A stretch of 64,000 nt of DNA from Eledone cirrhosa. Its lineage: Eukaryota. The notes under the pieces are model-generated. The model was not told the DNA's origin. It made no database searches and was given only the letters and a program-made list of their open reading frames with translations. Numbering within the stretch: the first letter of the stretch is position 1; each line of letters begins with the position of its first letter. The translations under genes were made by a program, and so were the position numbers. Positions 1-13,935 of the stretch are shown here, piece after piece. The stretch lies in assembly GCA_964016885.1 (NCBI GenBank), contig OZ024745.1:78306001-78370000 (forward strand), read 5' to 3'.

Positions 1-12
1 CCAAAACCATCG
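1..12 (+). CDS. 3' end of a probable multiplexin exon (...PKPS), truncated by the window edge
   Basis: cca aaa cca tcg is followed by a perfect donor GTAAGT at 13-18; phase 0 fits the downstream exons; Pro-rich, hinge-like. Confidence 0.4.
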
Positions 13-829
13 GTAAGTATATGAAAATTTTTATGATGGTTGAATAATTTCAGTATTAGATAGTTTTAAAAATTTGAAATGGAAACACAATATCACACCA
101 ACTTTTTTACATGATTGATGCAAAATTTCTGATTGCATACATATCATAGGCATGTTATGAATTCATTCAATGCTTTTCAATGCATCAAAAGCTACTAGCA
201 ATAGAAATTTTAGTTTATTGAATAATAATGAATAAATAAAATAAAATAAGAAATAAATTAATTAATTAACAATAATAGGGATGATAATAATATTTCTTTA
301 TTAGCCACTTAGGCTGAAACAGCGAGGACAATAAAAAAAAACAACAGGGACAGTGGGGGTTTACATAAATGCATCTAAAGAGAAGGAAAACAGGTAACAA
401 TAAATAATAAAATAAATAACAGCAGAATTCCCCAATAGGGGGGGGGGAGTATCACCTAGGGTTAGTTTAGGAACCGAGTCACCAAGAGCCATTGGAAGGT
501 GCCCCTCTCTTCGATAGCTGGATCCATCCTACCTGTGATAATAGCTATTCAACTAAACTCCACATGACAGCAAATCTCAGACACTGTGAGCAGAATGATT
601 TCATCGCTCTGCACGTATCTTGATCGGGTCCATCTGACAGCACTTCTGTGTCTTGAGAGTTTCTCAAAATAGCAGTGCCCCCTGGTAGCACTACCTATGT
701 AGAGATTTCTGAAAATTGTCCTTGGTCCCCGTCTTGAAAGTTCTCAGATTAGACTTGGTTAGTTTGATTTTGTCAACACCTAGATTTTCTCTGAGAATGT
801 CGTCACATTTGCCCACCAGTAGTCTTCTC

Positions 830-1460
830 TAGAACACTAGAGTGAAATTTCCCCTGACTGCATTTCCCAATTGGTTACAAGTACCTGATAGCATTCCAGA
901 TGTCAGGTGTCCAACAATACTGTTGAACATGGATTTGCCTCTCCAGGTGTTGAGTTGCAAATCCACCAAGTTTTCCAGCTTGATCTTTGCTCCAGCCAAC
1001 CTTTCATATTCCTCTAAGAAGTTGCCGACCACCTCTATTAGTGAAGTGTTCGAAACCATCAGAGTGACATCATCCACATATGCTGACACAGTCCTTCTAT
1101 GTTCTGGTTCAAGTAGGATGCCCTGCAACAGTTCTAGCTTCCATAGTAGTGGTTCAGGAGTCAGTATGTACAGAAGGGAGGAGAGAGGGTATCATTGATG
1201 AACTGAGTGCATGGTCTGGATTGGTTCCTATAAGTGACCATATACTTTGAGTCAATGTTGCAGTGCATTGCAGTGATCCAGCCTCTGAAGATGGGACTGG
1301 AACTGGCTGCTTTGAGGACAGCATCCTGATATTGATGAACGACCTTGTCGAAAGCTTTCAATTGATCTAAATTAATCAGAGCCCCACCAAAGCCAGGTTT
1401 ACTCACTACTCTCTCTATGATGTATTGCATGAGGTGAAGATTTTTGTGTATGAACCTGAG
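830..1460 (-). mobile_element. Degenerate Tx1/L1-clade LINE reverse transcriptase fragment
   Basis: RT motifs GALINLDQLKAFDKVVHQY (LD..KAFD) and SAYVDDVT (YADD) in successive frameshifted minus-strand ORFs. Confidence 0.8.
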
Positions 1461-3289
1461 CTTCCCATATCACAGCTGCTGTTTTTGGTTTTTTGCAGCA
1501 CTCCATTAATTGCTTTGTAAATCAATTTTTACTTGCCACAAAGACAATGAATAAGGGAGTATAAAGTGTTTTTAACAACAAATGACCCAGTAGTTACTGG
1601 ATAGGTCAGCTTACAAGGCAGATTTTTCTCTGTGTGTCTGTGAAACATATACATACACACCAAGTCCGAACACAATGGAACCAAATTCCCATTGTCACTG
1701 CCTCCATCTCTCCCACTCTCTCCATTATATTGAATGAAAAAGGAAATACTACAAACACTACATGTTAATGCCTTCTCTTAACTTGGAAATTACAAATAAA
1801 AATTAAGAATCATCCAGTAGTTCCAAGCTCACTATTCTCAACCATTCTTCACTAAATTTACCGAAAGAGACATCCTTTTAAAGTGTTAACTAAAAAGGTT
1901 GATGCAATCTTGGTCAAAATGGAAAGTTTACAGAGGCAATTTGATTTTAAGATATATCTATGTTAAAATTGTTTTTTAGTTGCTATTTGCTTCTATTATG
2001 TTTATTTCCACAGATGTATTAATGTCAGCTAGTTGAATTACTCTAGTGCATGGCTAAAAACTTCTTATAAAGTAATTGTTTTTATTATATTTTATTGTAC
2101 ATATTTTGTTCACTGACTTTAGGAAATCAAAGAATAAAATGCAAAGTTCATATTTATTTTCTACTGCTTTTATTTGTAATTGCAAGCATATAGTTTAGAT
2201 ACATTTTGTTATTATATAAATAATATCACCTATTTTTTGTTATATTTCATCAATACATCACTTTAAAATTAAAACTAACTATAATTACGTTGTGTAGATT
2301 TTATAGTATAGCATTGATAATTAACTTGAAAGTTAACCAATTATTTGTTACAATGACACAGTTTTATGCTTACATTTACCAATTTGCAAAACTAAGATGG
2401 CTTTCTTCTGGCTTTCAGTATATGCTATTAATCAAGTGTTTACATTTATGATCAATTGCGTAGAATATATATAGAAAAATTTGTTTTGTTGCTCAATGCA
2501 CTTAAATGCTGATAACCAATTTCGTAATGTTCTAGGAAATTAAATCTACCAGAAAGACAAGAATGGTAACTGTTTTGTAAATCTTCCTTGCTTACTGGTT
2601 TATTCTGAACCAGCAAGTTGAATGTGATATTTATCAAAGTCAGAAATTAACAAACATGTTTATCAGAATACAAAAATATTTCGCTGACAACCCTTTTAAT
2701 GTTTTTGGATCATTGTGTCTGCAAAATTGTTATTGAGTTAATGTTAAATTTAAATTATCAGTGAACTATATGTATTTGTACAGCTCAGAGGATTATGGTA
2801 TTATCATACCATTTCAATCCTATACAAGGAAACTGTATTCTGATAACATAGTTTCTTACTTTCAGACAGCTTGACCTGAAAACAGAACAATTAAAAGATA
2901 TACCAGAAAACTGTCAAAATGATTGCTTTCAAATACATTTTCTTTTTAGTAGTAATTAAAGATATAAAGCATGGTACAGAAAATGAGAAGCAAATTTAAC
3001 TCAATAACAGTTGTACTTTAGATGAAATCCCAATGGGAGACCAATTCTTTGATTAATATAATTTTACACCACATATTATAAAGGACCTATTACATTGTTA
3101 ATTTGTTTAAAGGAAAGCAGTATTGGAAAGGACTATAAATGCCACAAACGAGAGGAAAATGAGGGAAAGAGCAAGGACTATTAGGCAACAAAAGAAAGAA
3201 AATGGGGGGGGGGGGGGGTAAGAGTGGTGTTTCAGCTGTGCCCCACCAAGAAAATTGAAAAGGCATATCTGTGGCCAATTACCTGTGAG

Positions 3290-3650
3290 ACCTGCTGCAA
3301 CAGCCAGCCCACCTCACAGGGCTCCTTCCTCAGACAGGCTGCTGTAATTCTAATTTTATAGAGGAGCTCAGCTGTAAGGGGTCTGAGGGAACAACTGAGG
3401 TCTCAACGGTGACAGGTGCAAAGAGGAAGCAGCTGGACAAGCCCCAGTATTTGCTTGTCTTCCTGTCCTCTGCATTGTAGGCTGCAGTGCTGGGGTTTGT
3501 GGCAAAAGTGACTAAGCTCAGGGTGAAGAACATGTTTCAGCATGTCACATCCCAGATGAGGGATTTACCTCCTTCAAGTGGAAATTGGGTAATGCTGTCA
3601 GGGCCTCTGCAGTCAAGGTATGCTGGCTTCAGTTGTGATGGGAATCTATG
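3290..3650 (-). mobile_element. CRE-clade non-LTR retrotransposon, RLE endonuclease fragment (CpG-decayed)
   Basis: ATNPSTAAYNAEDRKTSKY...FAPVTVETS; alignable by eye to the 43030-43340 copy. Confidence 0.75.
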
Positions 3651-3994
3651 AGATTTGGGTATTATTTATTTTGAGAACAATACCTTAACATCAGTATGAG
3701 GGACCGATTATGGCTGGTTTGAACAGAAAGAGATGAGAAAATTCTATTCAGATATGGCCGGTTTAAATACTTTCTTATAATATCAGTGGATAAAAAAGGA
3801 ATATGATACAATAAAACAAAGGGAAGGTTATTGATAGAGATTACCAAAACCCTTAAAATACATTGGAATCTATTTGATCAAGTATTATATCAAATATAAT
3901 AAATGAAATATATGTAGGACACTTCAGTAGTGTCAAGAACACTACAATCTCCCAATGTTAGTGATCTACATGATAAACACACCCAGCACACTCT

Positions 3995-4445
3995 GATAGG
4001 AAGGGCATCCAGCCATAGAAAACATGCTAAACTAAGGGTTGGGAGACCTCATCAGCTGTATCAAAGACTTGATATACTCCCTAATGCTAGTGCCACAATA
4101 AATGCACTTGACAGTGAGAGATTGTATGTCAGCATGATGTAGCCACACCTCACCCATTTGAGAAATCAGTAGCTTTGATTGAGTACTGACTTTGTCTGTG
4201 AAGACCCTATCCAACCATTGCTAGCAGGGGAAAATATATGTTAAAAGATGATGATGATGATATGTATGTCATCATCATCATCATTTTTACATCCCCTTTC
4301 CTTGCTGATATGAATAAGACAAGTTGTCACATTTTGAGGCCAGTCTGGCCAGGTGACTACATCTTGCTTGCATGTTCCATATTTGGCATTGTGTTTATGG
4401 CTGGATGCTCTTCCTAACACCAACCACCTTACAGGGTATACTGGG
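3995..4445. mobile_element. Two tail-to-tail copies of a SINE-like repeat with a (GAT)n tail (family B)
   Basis: ggaagggcatccagccat...gatgatgatg (+) then catcatcatc...ggctggatgctcttcctaac (-). Same family at ~10130-10300(-), 13600-13845(+), 16677-16880(-), 31680-31900(-), 32240-32460(-). Confidence 0.7.
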
Positions 4446-6489
4446 TGTGTTTTTTGTAGCACCAACACTTTATAGAGCAGATTAGGTGCATCTTATCATG
4501 ACACCAGCACTATCAATTTACAGGGTGGATTGGGGGCATGTTATTGAGGAGCTATCACTAGAGGGTTTATCCTATGACTTTTATTGTCGCGCCACCACTA
4601 GAGAGGTTGTTACATACAAGACCAACTTTCCAAATACACTCACTAACCACTTCTTTCCAAACATAGAATATTGCAACTGACTTAATTCATTCAAGATCAG
4701 GAAAATAATTACAAATTAAATCAATGAAAGATGAGCAATATTGGCTTTGGGTGGGGAGGGATGAAAGGTTGTAATGACCATGCATTTTCCAAGGGCTGTA
4801 TCAGAGTGGCTTTCTCAGAGTCAAATTAGGTTTTTAAGTTAAATACCAAGACAATGATAATCATTATACATTTTACATAGAGAACTAACCTGAAAATTAA
4901 ACACTCTCAAATAAGTCCGAATTTCATTTATTTATTTCAATATTTATTTCAATATTTATTTTATAAAATGTCTGTAAATCACAGCTTTTGTACATTTTTT
5001 AGATAATGTGATATATACACTAGTAAAACATGGCTAATTTAATCCATTTCTTTTATATTTAATATTGACCTTTTCTGGTAATCTTCTAATTGTATCATTG
5101 ATAATATTCAGGTTCAGCTTAATACCTAACAACCATCATCAGAGAGCATGTTTCAACTGACAGAATGTGATAATATGTATTTTAATTTTACAATTAGATC
5201 AACATGTCCTTGTGCCAATTTCATTTCATAGTATCAATTATTTATTTATTTTTCTGATCTCTTCTTAATCCCACTTCTCTCTCTTTCTTTCTTTCTCTCT
5301 CTTTGTGTTTCAAATGTTGTCTGCTTCAACAATATTATACATAGCTTAAGAACAGTGTTTTCTGTAGTTTCCATTGATATCATTGTAGTTATACTTTGCT
5401 TCAGTTTGCTTCTTGTTTGCCATATGGTATGTATATCTTCAAGTGTAAATCAGAAAATTCAGTAAAGCAAGTAAACCATCATTTGTCCTTCAAAATTTAA
5501 ATGTCCTTATCAGATAGTCCTATTAATAAGTATTTATATTTAATGGTATCGGTTGTATATTTCTCTTAGCTATACTTAGTAGTGGAATTTTTCAATTATC
5601 TATCAGTACCAGTGTTTGCAGCAATGATTCTATAGATAAAAGGATCCAACGTCTTGGATATGAAATAACAGGAGTATGTGAGAAAATTTAATCATTAAGA
5701 TTTTTTTTTGTTCTTTTATTACTGCATTTACTCATGTATGAGAGAAATTACATATATAATAACAGGTTCAAAATTCGTGGCTAGTGTAAAAAAACAAATG
5801 GAAGATACCAAAGGTATCAACTGACTAACATATACACTTCATTGCCAGTGGCTATGAGACACTGTATGTATAGTGTCTCCATCCAAAGGCAATTGTTAAT
5901 TATAATAGCAGGCTCATAGTGTGTGGTTATATATTCTATTGTTTAAAAGATTGCAGTGATATTTTGTGGGGTTTTAAAAAATATATAAATAACTATGACT
6001 AACTCAGGTTCACATTACATTTGAGATTGTCTTGTTGTTGAATAAATAGTCATTTCCATGATTGTTGCAGAAATCCACAAATTATTTCCTTCAGTTGAGA
6101 TGATAGAAACAATACTTCTACATATAATATAGATGAAATATTGTTCAATAATCTCAGTGAAGATGTAAATATTTTTGCTCCAAAAATTTATGTCAAGACA
6201 TATTTATTTCCATTTTGTGTTTGCCAGGAATATATAAAGCTTCAATATTATCAGTAAAAGTAAATATTTTCAAAGTAAAAATACTTTTATATTAAAGAAA
6301 ATTACCTTATCCATGAAAATGATTTGGATTACCTGCCATAGTTGGAGAAAATGAACCATGATTGAAACTAAAGCACATTTTTTTTTTTTAGCTTAACTTA
6401 AAAGTTGGGTGATTGTGGAGAGGTTGTATGAATGTTGAGCTTTACAAGGTTTGAAAAGGAAAAGTTGTTTTTCTTCATAGAGATATTAA

Positions 6490-7130
6490 TACCTTCTTCA
6501 CTTCTTCACCCACATATTCCTGTGAGGGCCATGGGAGCAGTGTCATCAAACACTCTTTCCAGTAGGTCCTCTTAGAAGCAACTGTCTCCAACTGATCTGG
6601 CTGGATCCTCAAGTGAGACCAGCCAAGCTCATGGATGTTATCCATCCATGTTGCTCAGTGTCTACCCCTGGGTTTCCTGCCAGTTGGTTTTGCCCGTAAA
6701 ATCTGTCCAGCGATTCTTTCTTGAAATATTCTAGCCACATGCCTATAGTATTGGAGCTGTGATCTCTCAATTCAGAGAAGTAGCAGCTCTACCTGGAGTG
6801 ACTCACTGATCTCCGAGCTACGCACTCTATCGAATAACATTACTCCAAAGACCCCTTGAAGGAACCCCATTTCAGCCGCTTGTATTAGGGGTCGTATTTT
6901 TTCATTACCCAAGATTCATGACTATAAGTAAGGGTTGGCACAAATACCAAACTGAAGATAGTGAGTTTGGCTTTTACGCCTACCTCCATTCTTCTAGTTA
7001 CAGAATGCTGAGGCTGGCGAATTACTGCATCAGCTTTTGCAATTCTTGCACTGAATTCAGCCTCCTGCAGTCTATCACTCATGAACATGGCCCTAAGATA
7101 CTTGAACTTCTCTACCTTCTTCAGTGGAAC
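6490..7130 (-). mobile_element. RTE-clade LINE 3' fragment
   Basis: LTIFSLVFVPTLTYSHESWVM and QAAEMGFL motifs typical of the RTE RT C-terminus; (GAA)-like tail at ~6493-6508; paralog at 33770-34320. Confidence 0.8.
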
Positions 7131-7520
7131 ATGTAGAGTGCTAATCCCAATTTTAAAAAAAGGGAGACAAGAGAGATCTCTTGGTTGGTTTATAACCAGA
7201 TGGTTGTTTATTTGTCTATTATCAAATCTCTTTCTAGCACTCCTTATGGTTTGTCTTGTTTACCAACCCTTCTATATATTACATCATAATTACACCACAT
7301 AGAAAACATTTTGTTAATTTTTCCCAATGGTTCAGACAAGAATTTTAATACAGCACGAGATATATATGTATTTTAGCGAAGACTTAAATATATTGACAAA
7401 GAGTTTCATGGTCTTGATTGAGGTTCCCCTTAATCAATAATTGATGATCGATACTAATTGCTGTAATCGATGGTGAACATTCAATATTCTCTGATTCTCA
7501 GAAAGATATGTCTATGAATC

Positions 7521-7557
7521 GATATATACACATATATATGCACATATATATATACAC

Positions 7558-7588
<31 letters not shown>

Positions 7589-7591
7589 CAC

Positions 7592-7624
<33 letters not shown>

Positions 7625-7626
7625 CG

Positions 7627-7694
<68 letters not shown>

Positions 7695-7755
7695 TATACA
7701 TATATACACATATATATATACACATATATATACATATATACACATATATATATAT

Positions 7756-7802
<47 letters not shown>

Positions 7803-7848
7803 CGCACAGATATATAAATATATATATATACATATTCATATATACATA
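7521..7848. repeat. (TA)n/(CA) compound microsatellite
   Basis: Directly visible. Confidence 0.95.
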
Positions 7849-7879
7849 TCCGGCTGAGGCCATGCTAGGGCACCGCCCT

Positions 7880-8118
7880 TGTTGCTACACATTCTATATT
7901 CAGCCTGCATTGGCTGGCCATTGATGTAGGAGGTAGTTCAATGCTGCTGCCCTTAGGTTTCCTTCATTCCGTGCTGTGAGTTCATCTGAGATCCTGGATA
8001 GCAGAGTTTCTTGAAAACATCCATGTTCACATCATGCAGATCTCTCAAATTCCCTGGCATCATATTAAAGAGTTCAGGGCCTTTGAACCCCAGGCTAATG
8101 CAATATCTTCTCCTTACT
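7880..8118 (-). mobile_element. CR1-group LINE extreme 3' fragment
   Basis: SLGFKGPELFNMMPGNLRDL...DVFKK resembles the ORF2 C-terminus of CR1-group elements. Confidence 0.55.
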
Positions 8119-8707
8119 TTATATATATATATATATATTTGTGTGTGTAAAAGGTAAATAAGAAATAACAATATATATATAATTGCAATCTACGATATTT
8201 ATTGTGGTGAGTCTAAAGTAATTTTTAGTCAATTGAACATAATAGTCTGCACTTAACTAAATGATAGTTGTAGTTGCATGAATGATAAAAGTACAAATGT
8301 GTCATAGTGGGTGCCAAAGCAACCCTGATATTCTTTAGTAGCATGAATACTATTTGGTTCCACTGGATGGAATGATACTGTTGAGAAGTGCTCCAACCAT
8401 TAGATCTCCAGTCTAAAGCTGATGAAAGGAATATCCATCTATGTTTTATGTAGAATAAGTAGTTATATGAAAATCATAGAGGAATGTATACTGCTGAAGA
8501 GATGATAGAAAAATAGTACACAAATAAACCTGAATTAGACTTGTAAAGGAATACAAAATATTACATTCTGTTGAATTCTTTCTATGTCCAACTATTTCAA
8601 ATCAAATATTACGAACAATTATTGAGGAAGTGCTTTCACTTTTATTAATCAATATGAATCAGGTTAATTGTATATTAAAGATTCAAACTTGGTTTTTTTT
8701 CTCACAG

Positions 8708-8731
8708 GAAACAACAACTGTCGTGACTAGA
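8708..8731 (+). CDS. Candidate 24-nt microexon of the multiplexin gene (ETTTVVTR)
   Basis: Strong acceptor ttttttttctcacAG, donor GTACGT, phase 0-0, Thr-rich hinge-like peptide. Confidence 0.5.
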
Positions 8732-9323
8732 GTACGTCAACATCTAATAGTTATAAGCCCTTATCAAGTTTGCTTGTCATAGCATGTGAGAAAGCATTGC
8801 TGGCTTTTGATTTTGGGAAAAATTTTGTGCATGTTAATGTTATCATGTTATTGCTGAAGTAATTATATCTTTGGAGTAGATAACTATATATATATATATA
8901 TATATAAAGCATTAAACAAATATGTAGGGCCTGATATCATGTAGACTGGTACCCAATGGAATATTGGTATGTTAATAAATATGATTTAATTGTTCTACAT
9001 AGCCATACTTCAATTTATTAAATAACATCTGTTACGAACACTTTAGAAGTGGTAGACAAGGAATTATGTAAGTCTAACACACTATCATATTTTGAACACC
9101 CCTACTGGCATTCAAGAAGAAACTGAGATACATTTTTTTAAATACACTGATCAAATTTTTGACAATCAACAAGTCTGAATATCACCTACTTTAGAAAAAC
9201 CTGTCTGATGATGAGTTAGACTTACATAAGACCTTGTCTAATGCCTCAGAAATATATATAGCAGCCGTTATTTAATATATTAAAGTATGGAAATGTAGAA
9301 CATTGTCCACTTATTTATTAAAA

Positions 9324-9327
<4 letters not shown>

Positions 9328-9389
<62 letters not shown>

Positions 9390-9411
9390 TGTGTATATAT
9401 ATATACACATA

Positions 9412-9450
<39 letters not shown>

Positions 9451-9620
9451 GTGTGTGTGTGTATATATATATACATACACACACAAATGTATATATATAT
9501 TTACATGTGTGTATGTATGTATACATATGTGTGTATGTATACATGTGTGTGTATGTATACATGTGTGTCTGTGTGTATACATGTGTGTCTGTATATATAT
9601 ATACATGTGTGTGTGTGTGT
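9328..9620. repeat. (CA)n/(TA)n/(TG)n compound microsatellite
   Basis: Directly visible. Confidence 0.95.
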
Positions 9621-9904
9621 AGTTTAAAGTGTGCAATTGGGTTACCTTAACAGGCGGTATGCCAAGATGAGCACTTGATATTATTGGGGAGCAGAGTATC
9701 AATAATAATTGCATCATACACATAATCACATGCTACCTATGTTTCACTACCAATCAGCTAGAGGAATGTTCGATTAGATTCGTTCCTTACTCTGGAATCA
9801 AACGCTCCTCAGATATGTGCTTTCACATTTAGACTCCCATCCAAATGTATATGATGCACCACTGATTCTTTGTTCTTAATTATTATTGATACTCTGCTCC
9901 CCAA

Positions 9905-10110
9905 TAGTATCGGTAGAGGGTCTGACGCCATAATTTATAGCTAGGAGTTACAACCCTTTATGGTCTGAGTTCAAATCCTGCCGAGGTTAACTTAGCCTTT
10001 CATCCTTACGGGGTCGATAAAATAAAGTACCAGTCACGTACTGGGGATCGATTTAATGGACTTTCCCTTCCCCCAAAATTACTGGCTCTGTGCCTATATA
10101 AGAAACCATT
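9905..10110 (+). mobile_element. tRNA-derived SINE family A, long variant
   Basis: B box gagttcaaatcc, core gcctttcatccttacggggtcgataaaataaagtaccag, (ATT)n tail. Confidence 0.85.
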
Positions 10111-10306
10111 ATTATTATTATTATTATATCATCATCATCATCTAATGTCCATCTTCCACGCTAGCATGGGTTAGACCGTTTTGTTCCATTTGATGCGGGA
10201 ATGGTTGGGAGACCCTGTCTCGCTTGCATGGAAGTGTCTCTGGCAGGTATTTTACAGCTGGATGCCCTTCCTAACACCAACCATATTTACAGTGTGGACT
10301 GGGAGC

Positions 10307-10362
<56 letters not shown>

Positions 10363-10619
10363 TGCTTGTTATTAATGATACACTATAAAAGTTACTGGTT
10401 TTATAGACATTATTAGTAAAAGACATATTCGATATTATCAGAACTTGTATATGCATTTTCATGTATCTAATCAACAGCTTTGAATGTTGAAAAATGTGGA
10501 AATGATGATTAGATATGACAAGACACTCATACAATTTCTGATAGTGGAGAATATGTGCTTTTGTCCATAATGTCTCTGAAACTGACAGTATATATTTTTT
10601 TTACTTCAACACACAACAG

Positions 10620-11130
10620 TTTTGTTCCACATACTTTTCCTTTTCTATGTCAATGACATTCTGGCCATTGTACCCATAATGCCAACTCTTAGGCAGATGG
10701 TATCACCTTTCATTTGCCTTTAACAGTACCTGCCATAAGCCAACTGTCATCCACATGTTGCACTGTTTCTATGAACAAAAACCTGGAAAGCATACTCTAA
10801 TGGAGTCATGCCAACAGAAAGAAAAACACACAAGCAATGCATAATTGCATTTCACCCTCCTTAAGCACCCTCCTTAAATCACTTCAAATCATTGGTCTCA
10901 CAATCATCAATAATCCTTCATGAAGAATATACATTCTTAACATAGTTAAGACTGCAACCAAATAACTGACCCTTCTGTTCAGGCCCAGAAATTAATTTGG
11001 CACAACAACTAATGATCCTCTACAAAGCTTAGGTGAGACTCACTGGTCCCACATCTATGACAATGGCATTGTTGCTCATGCTAACATCCTAGACCATGTT
11101 CAGAAAAAATCCATGCAGTTAATTGGTGAA
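10620..11130 (+). mobile_element. Degenerate CR1/Jockey-group LINE RT fragment
   Basis: LFLFYVNDI, a decayed YADD region, and LYKA.VR...ILDHVQKKSMQLIG. Confidence 0.55.
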
Positions 11131-11284
11131 GTTAACTTACTGAACATTAAGTTTTAAACTGTATTGTGTAAAAATACACACACAAATATACCAGGTCCAA
11201 ACACAGAGGAGCCAAACTTCCACTGTCATTGCCTCTGTCTCTCTTGCCCTTCCCATCTCTCACTATTATGAGCAAATAGGGTCC

Positions 11285-11440
11285 CATGTGCTGGCTGCCT
11301 CACGCCCCTGGTGGACAGAATAGAGAAGGCGTTTCTCTGAAGGATGGCGAGGGAGATGCACTGGAAGAGCCATTCCAGCTTGCGGGGCTCACACCTGCAG
11401 CTAGCCAGCTCAGCGCCTATGATGGTGAGTAGGGAGGTGT
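11285..11440 (-). mobile_element. CRE-clade LINE 3' fragment
   Basis: Homologous to the 3' part of 43970-44100 and to 51835-51965. Confidence 0.75.
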
Positions 11441-13935
11441 AAATAATGATAGCGGAGGAGTGGGGGCATCAATGTATCATGCTGATAGATGAGTCTTCTC
11501 CAGTACATCATGATATCTATCTATACAGTTCTTTGTCATCTCTGTTATGAGGTTCAGCTTCCTTATTTCAGTTTTCACCACTCCTTTTACTAAGTCTACC
11601 TTTTCCATGAGCCCCATCCACTGAACATTCTCTGCAGACCCATACATGTGTGTGTGTGTGCGCGCGCGCATGTGTACACATTCCATACATATAGACTTGT
11701 ATACATTTCTCATCAAAACATATGGAATGCCTATAAAATTCTTTATTTATCACAAAAGAACATTCAGTTTTTTCAAAATTAGATGAATTATTGAATTCAG
11801 GATTTTTTTTTATTTTTGTTAATGCCCATCTAGATAAAACCAAAATGCAATAGTCAATATCTTTAGTTCAATAATTTTACATCACATTTTATTCATAATA
11901 TCTACAAATAGTCTCTAAGTTGTGCCATTTCTCCAAAACTGCTAGAAATAAAGATTCATTCCATTTTATAGTTCTTGAATGGGAAGTCTTTGACTTAAAG
12001 ACTTCCCATAAAATTTAAATAGACATCAAATCTAGAGACTTTCAATAGCAATACAAATTTTTATTTCATTATTTTAATTTTTTTCTTATTTTGGAGAAAC
12101 ATTCTTACTAATTTAGCATGGTGATCCTAATATTTATCATGTTAGTAAAGTTTTCCATCTTTATAGAACAGCTTACTTATTCCAGCTCAATATTAGAATT
12201 TGCTTTTGTAAAATGTCTTTCTTGTAATATTATTGCAGTGAATGAGAGGTTGAATGTTTCAATTGCTGAAATGCCCCAGCACCACTACTTGAAATTTTGA
12301 ATTTCTCATCTTTAATTATAATTTGGCAATAAGAAAAGTTATCTAAGAAGATAAAAGTTTGGAAAAAATTAAGATTACTTCATTTACTCAATTTAAGAAA
12401 TTGCTTTGTTTCAGCAATGTCTTTCATTATATCAATAACATCCTACAACAAATTCTGGGTTCTTTTGGTATGTCAAAATATATATTTTACATTGTTTCTA
12501 GACAAATTCCCTGTTAAGGAAATATCAAATCAGCTTTCTAACACTAGAAGCTAACTTTGTGAGCCTTATCTTATTTTATTTTACCAAACCCAGTAAAAAA
12601 TTAAAACTTAATTTTCTTTCCATTAGCTTCATATTGATGGTCCAGAAGATCTAACCTTCATTCCCTTGTATGGAAGTTGACAAATGTTTACATGAAGCCT
12701 AAAATATATAGACCTTACTCTAAATTGTAAATGATAGGATTGTTTAGAGAAAACTGGTACCCTTAATTTTCACTCATGTATTTCTAACTTGAATTGTACA
12801 GGCATTCCCAAAACAATCCTAGTACAACAATGTAAACCTAAATGAAAATATGTTTACCTATAAATTTTTTAAATGAAAGGGAAGATTGAATTGTAGAAAT
12901 ATAATGAAATTTATAAGTAAATAAAAATAGAAACCAAAGATTTTTAAGTGTCCAAAAAATGACATAACCATCATAATTAAATTAGGACAAGGTTCAACAA
13001 ATTCTACAGAGACTTTATTTTTTTCAAATCTTTTAAACCAAGGATTTTCAGGTGTATAATTTTATTATCAGAGATGTATGTCAATGTATGTCAATGTATG
13101 CATGTGTGTATATTTACATTCTGAAATAATTGCTCCAATATTGGGTACACAATTGCAGAAAATATAGTACATTTATGAAGATAACATTATCATCTGTTTT
13201 AAACAATAATGTACATACATGTAAATATCCTTGAATTTAATGTTGCTAATTAATATCAGAATGAATATAACTAATACTTTGTATGTGCATGCTTTTAATT
13301 TTATATGAATGTTATTTCATCAGGCTTTTTGCAATCAACAATAAAAAGATATATTTGAAAAACATTATAAATAAATGAGAAAGTATGCAATTCATTCCAT
13401 GAAAAGAAATCCTAATAACACAGTTTCATAACAGATTTTAAAAGCAGTATTCAGAAACCAGACTGACACCAAACTACAACAGTTTTTAAGTAAATATGGA
13501 TTTTATATGTCAAGCCTCCAAGCAGTGAGGCTTATTGCTTATGTAACATATAAACAAGAGTACTCATCTCAGCAGGCAAGAAGATGTGTAAAGTGGTCGT
13601 GTAGGTGTCACGGCAAAAATCACCCAGCCCACACTGTAAAGTTTTCATGTTGGTGTCATACCAAAAAGCACTCAGTACTCACTGTAAATGTGGTTGGTGT
13701 TAGGAAGGGCATCCAGCAGTAGAAACCAAGCCTAAATTAGATCTGTATGAGCAAGTCATGGGCACCTGATCTGAAATTTCTCACAACAGGACAACTCATC
13801 TAACCTATGTTATTGTGGGAAAATGAACGTTAGACAGTAATGATGAAATACAAATATATATATATATTTGTATGTGCATGATTTTAATTATATATGAATG
13901 TTATTTCATCAGGCTCTTTGCAATCAACAATAAAA

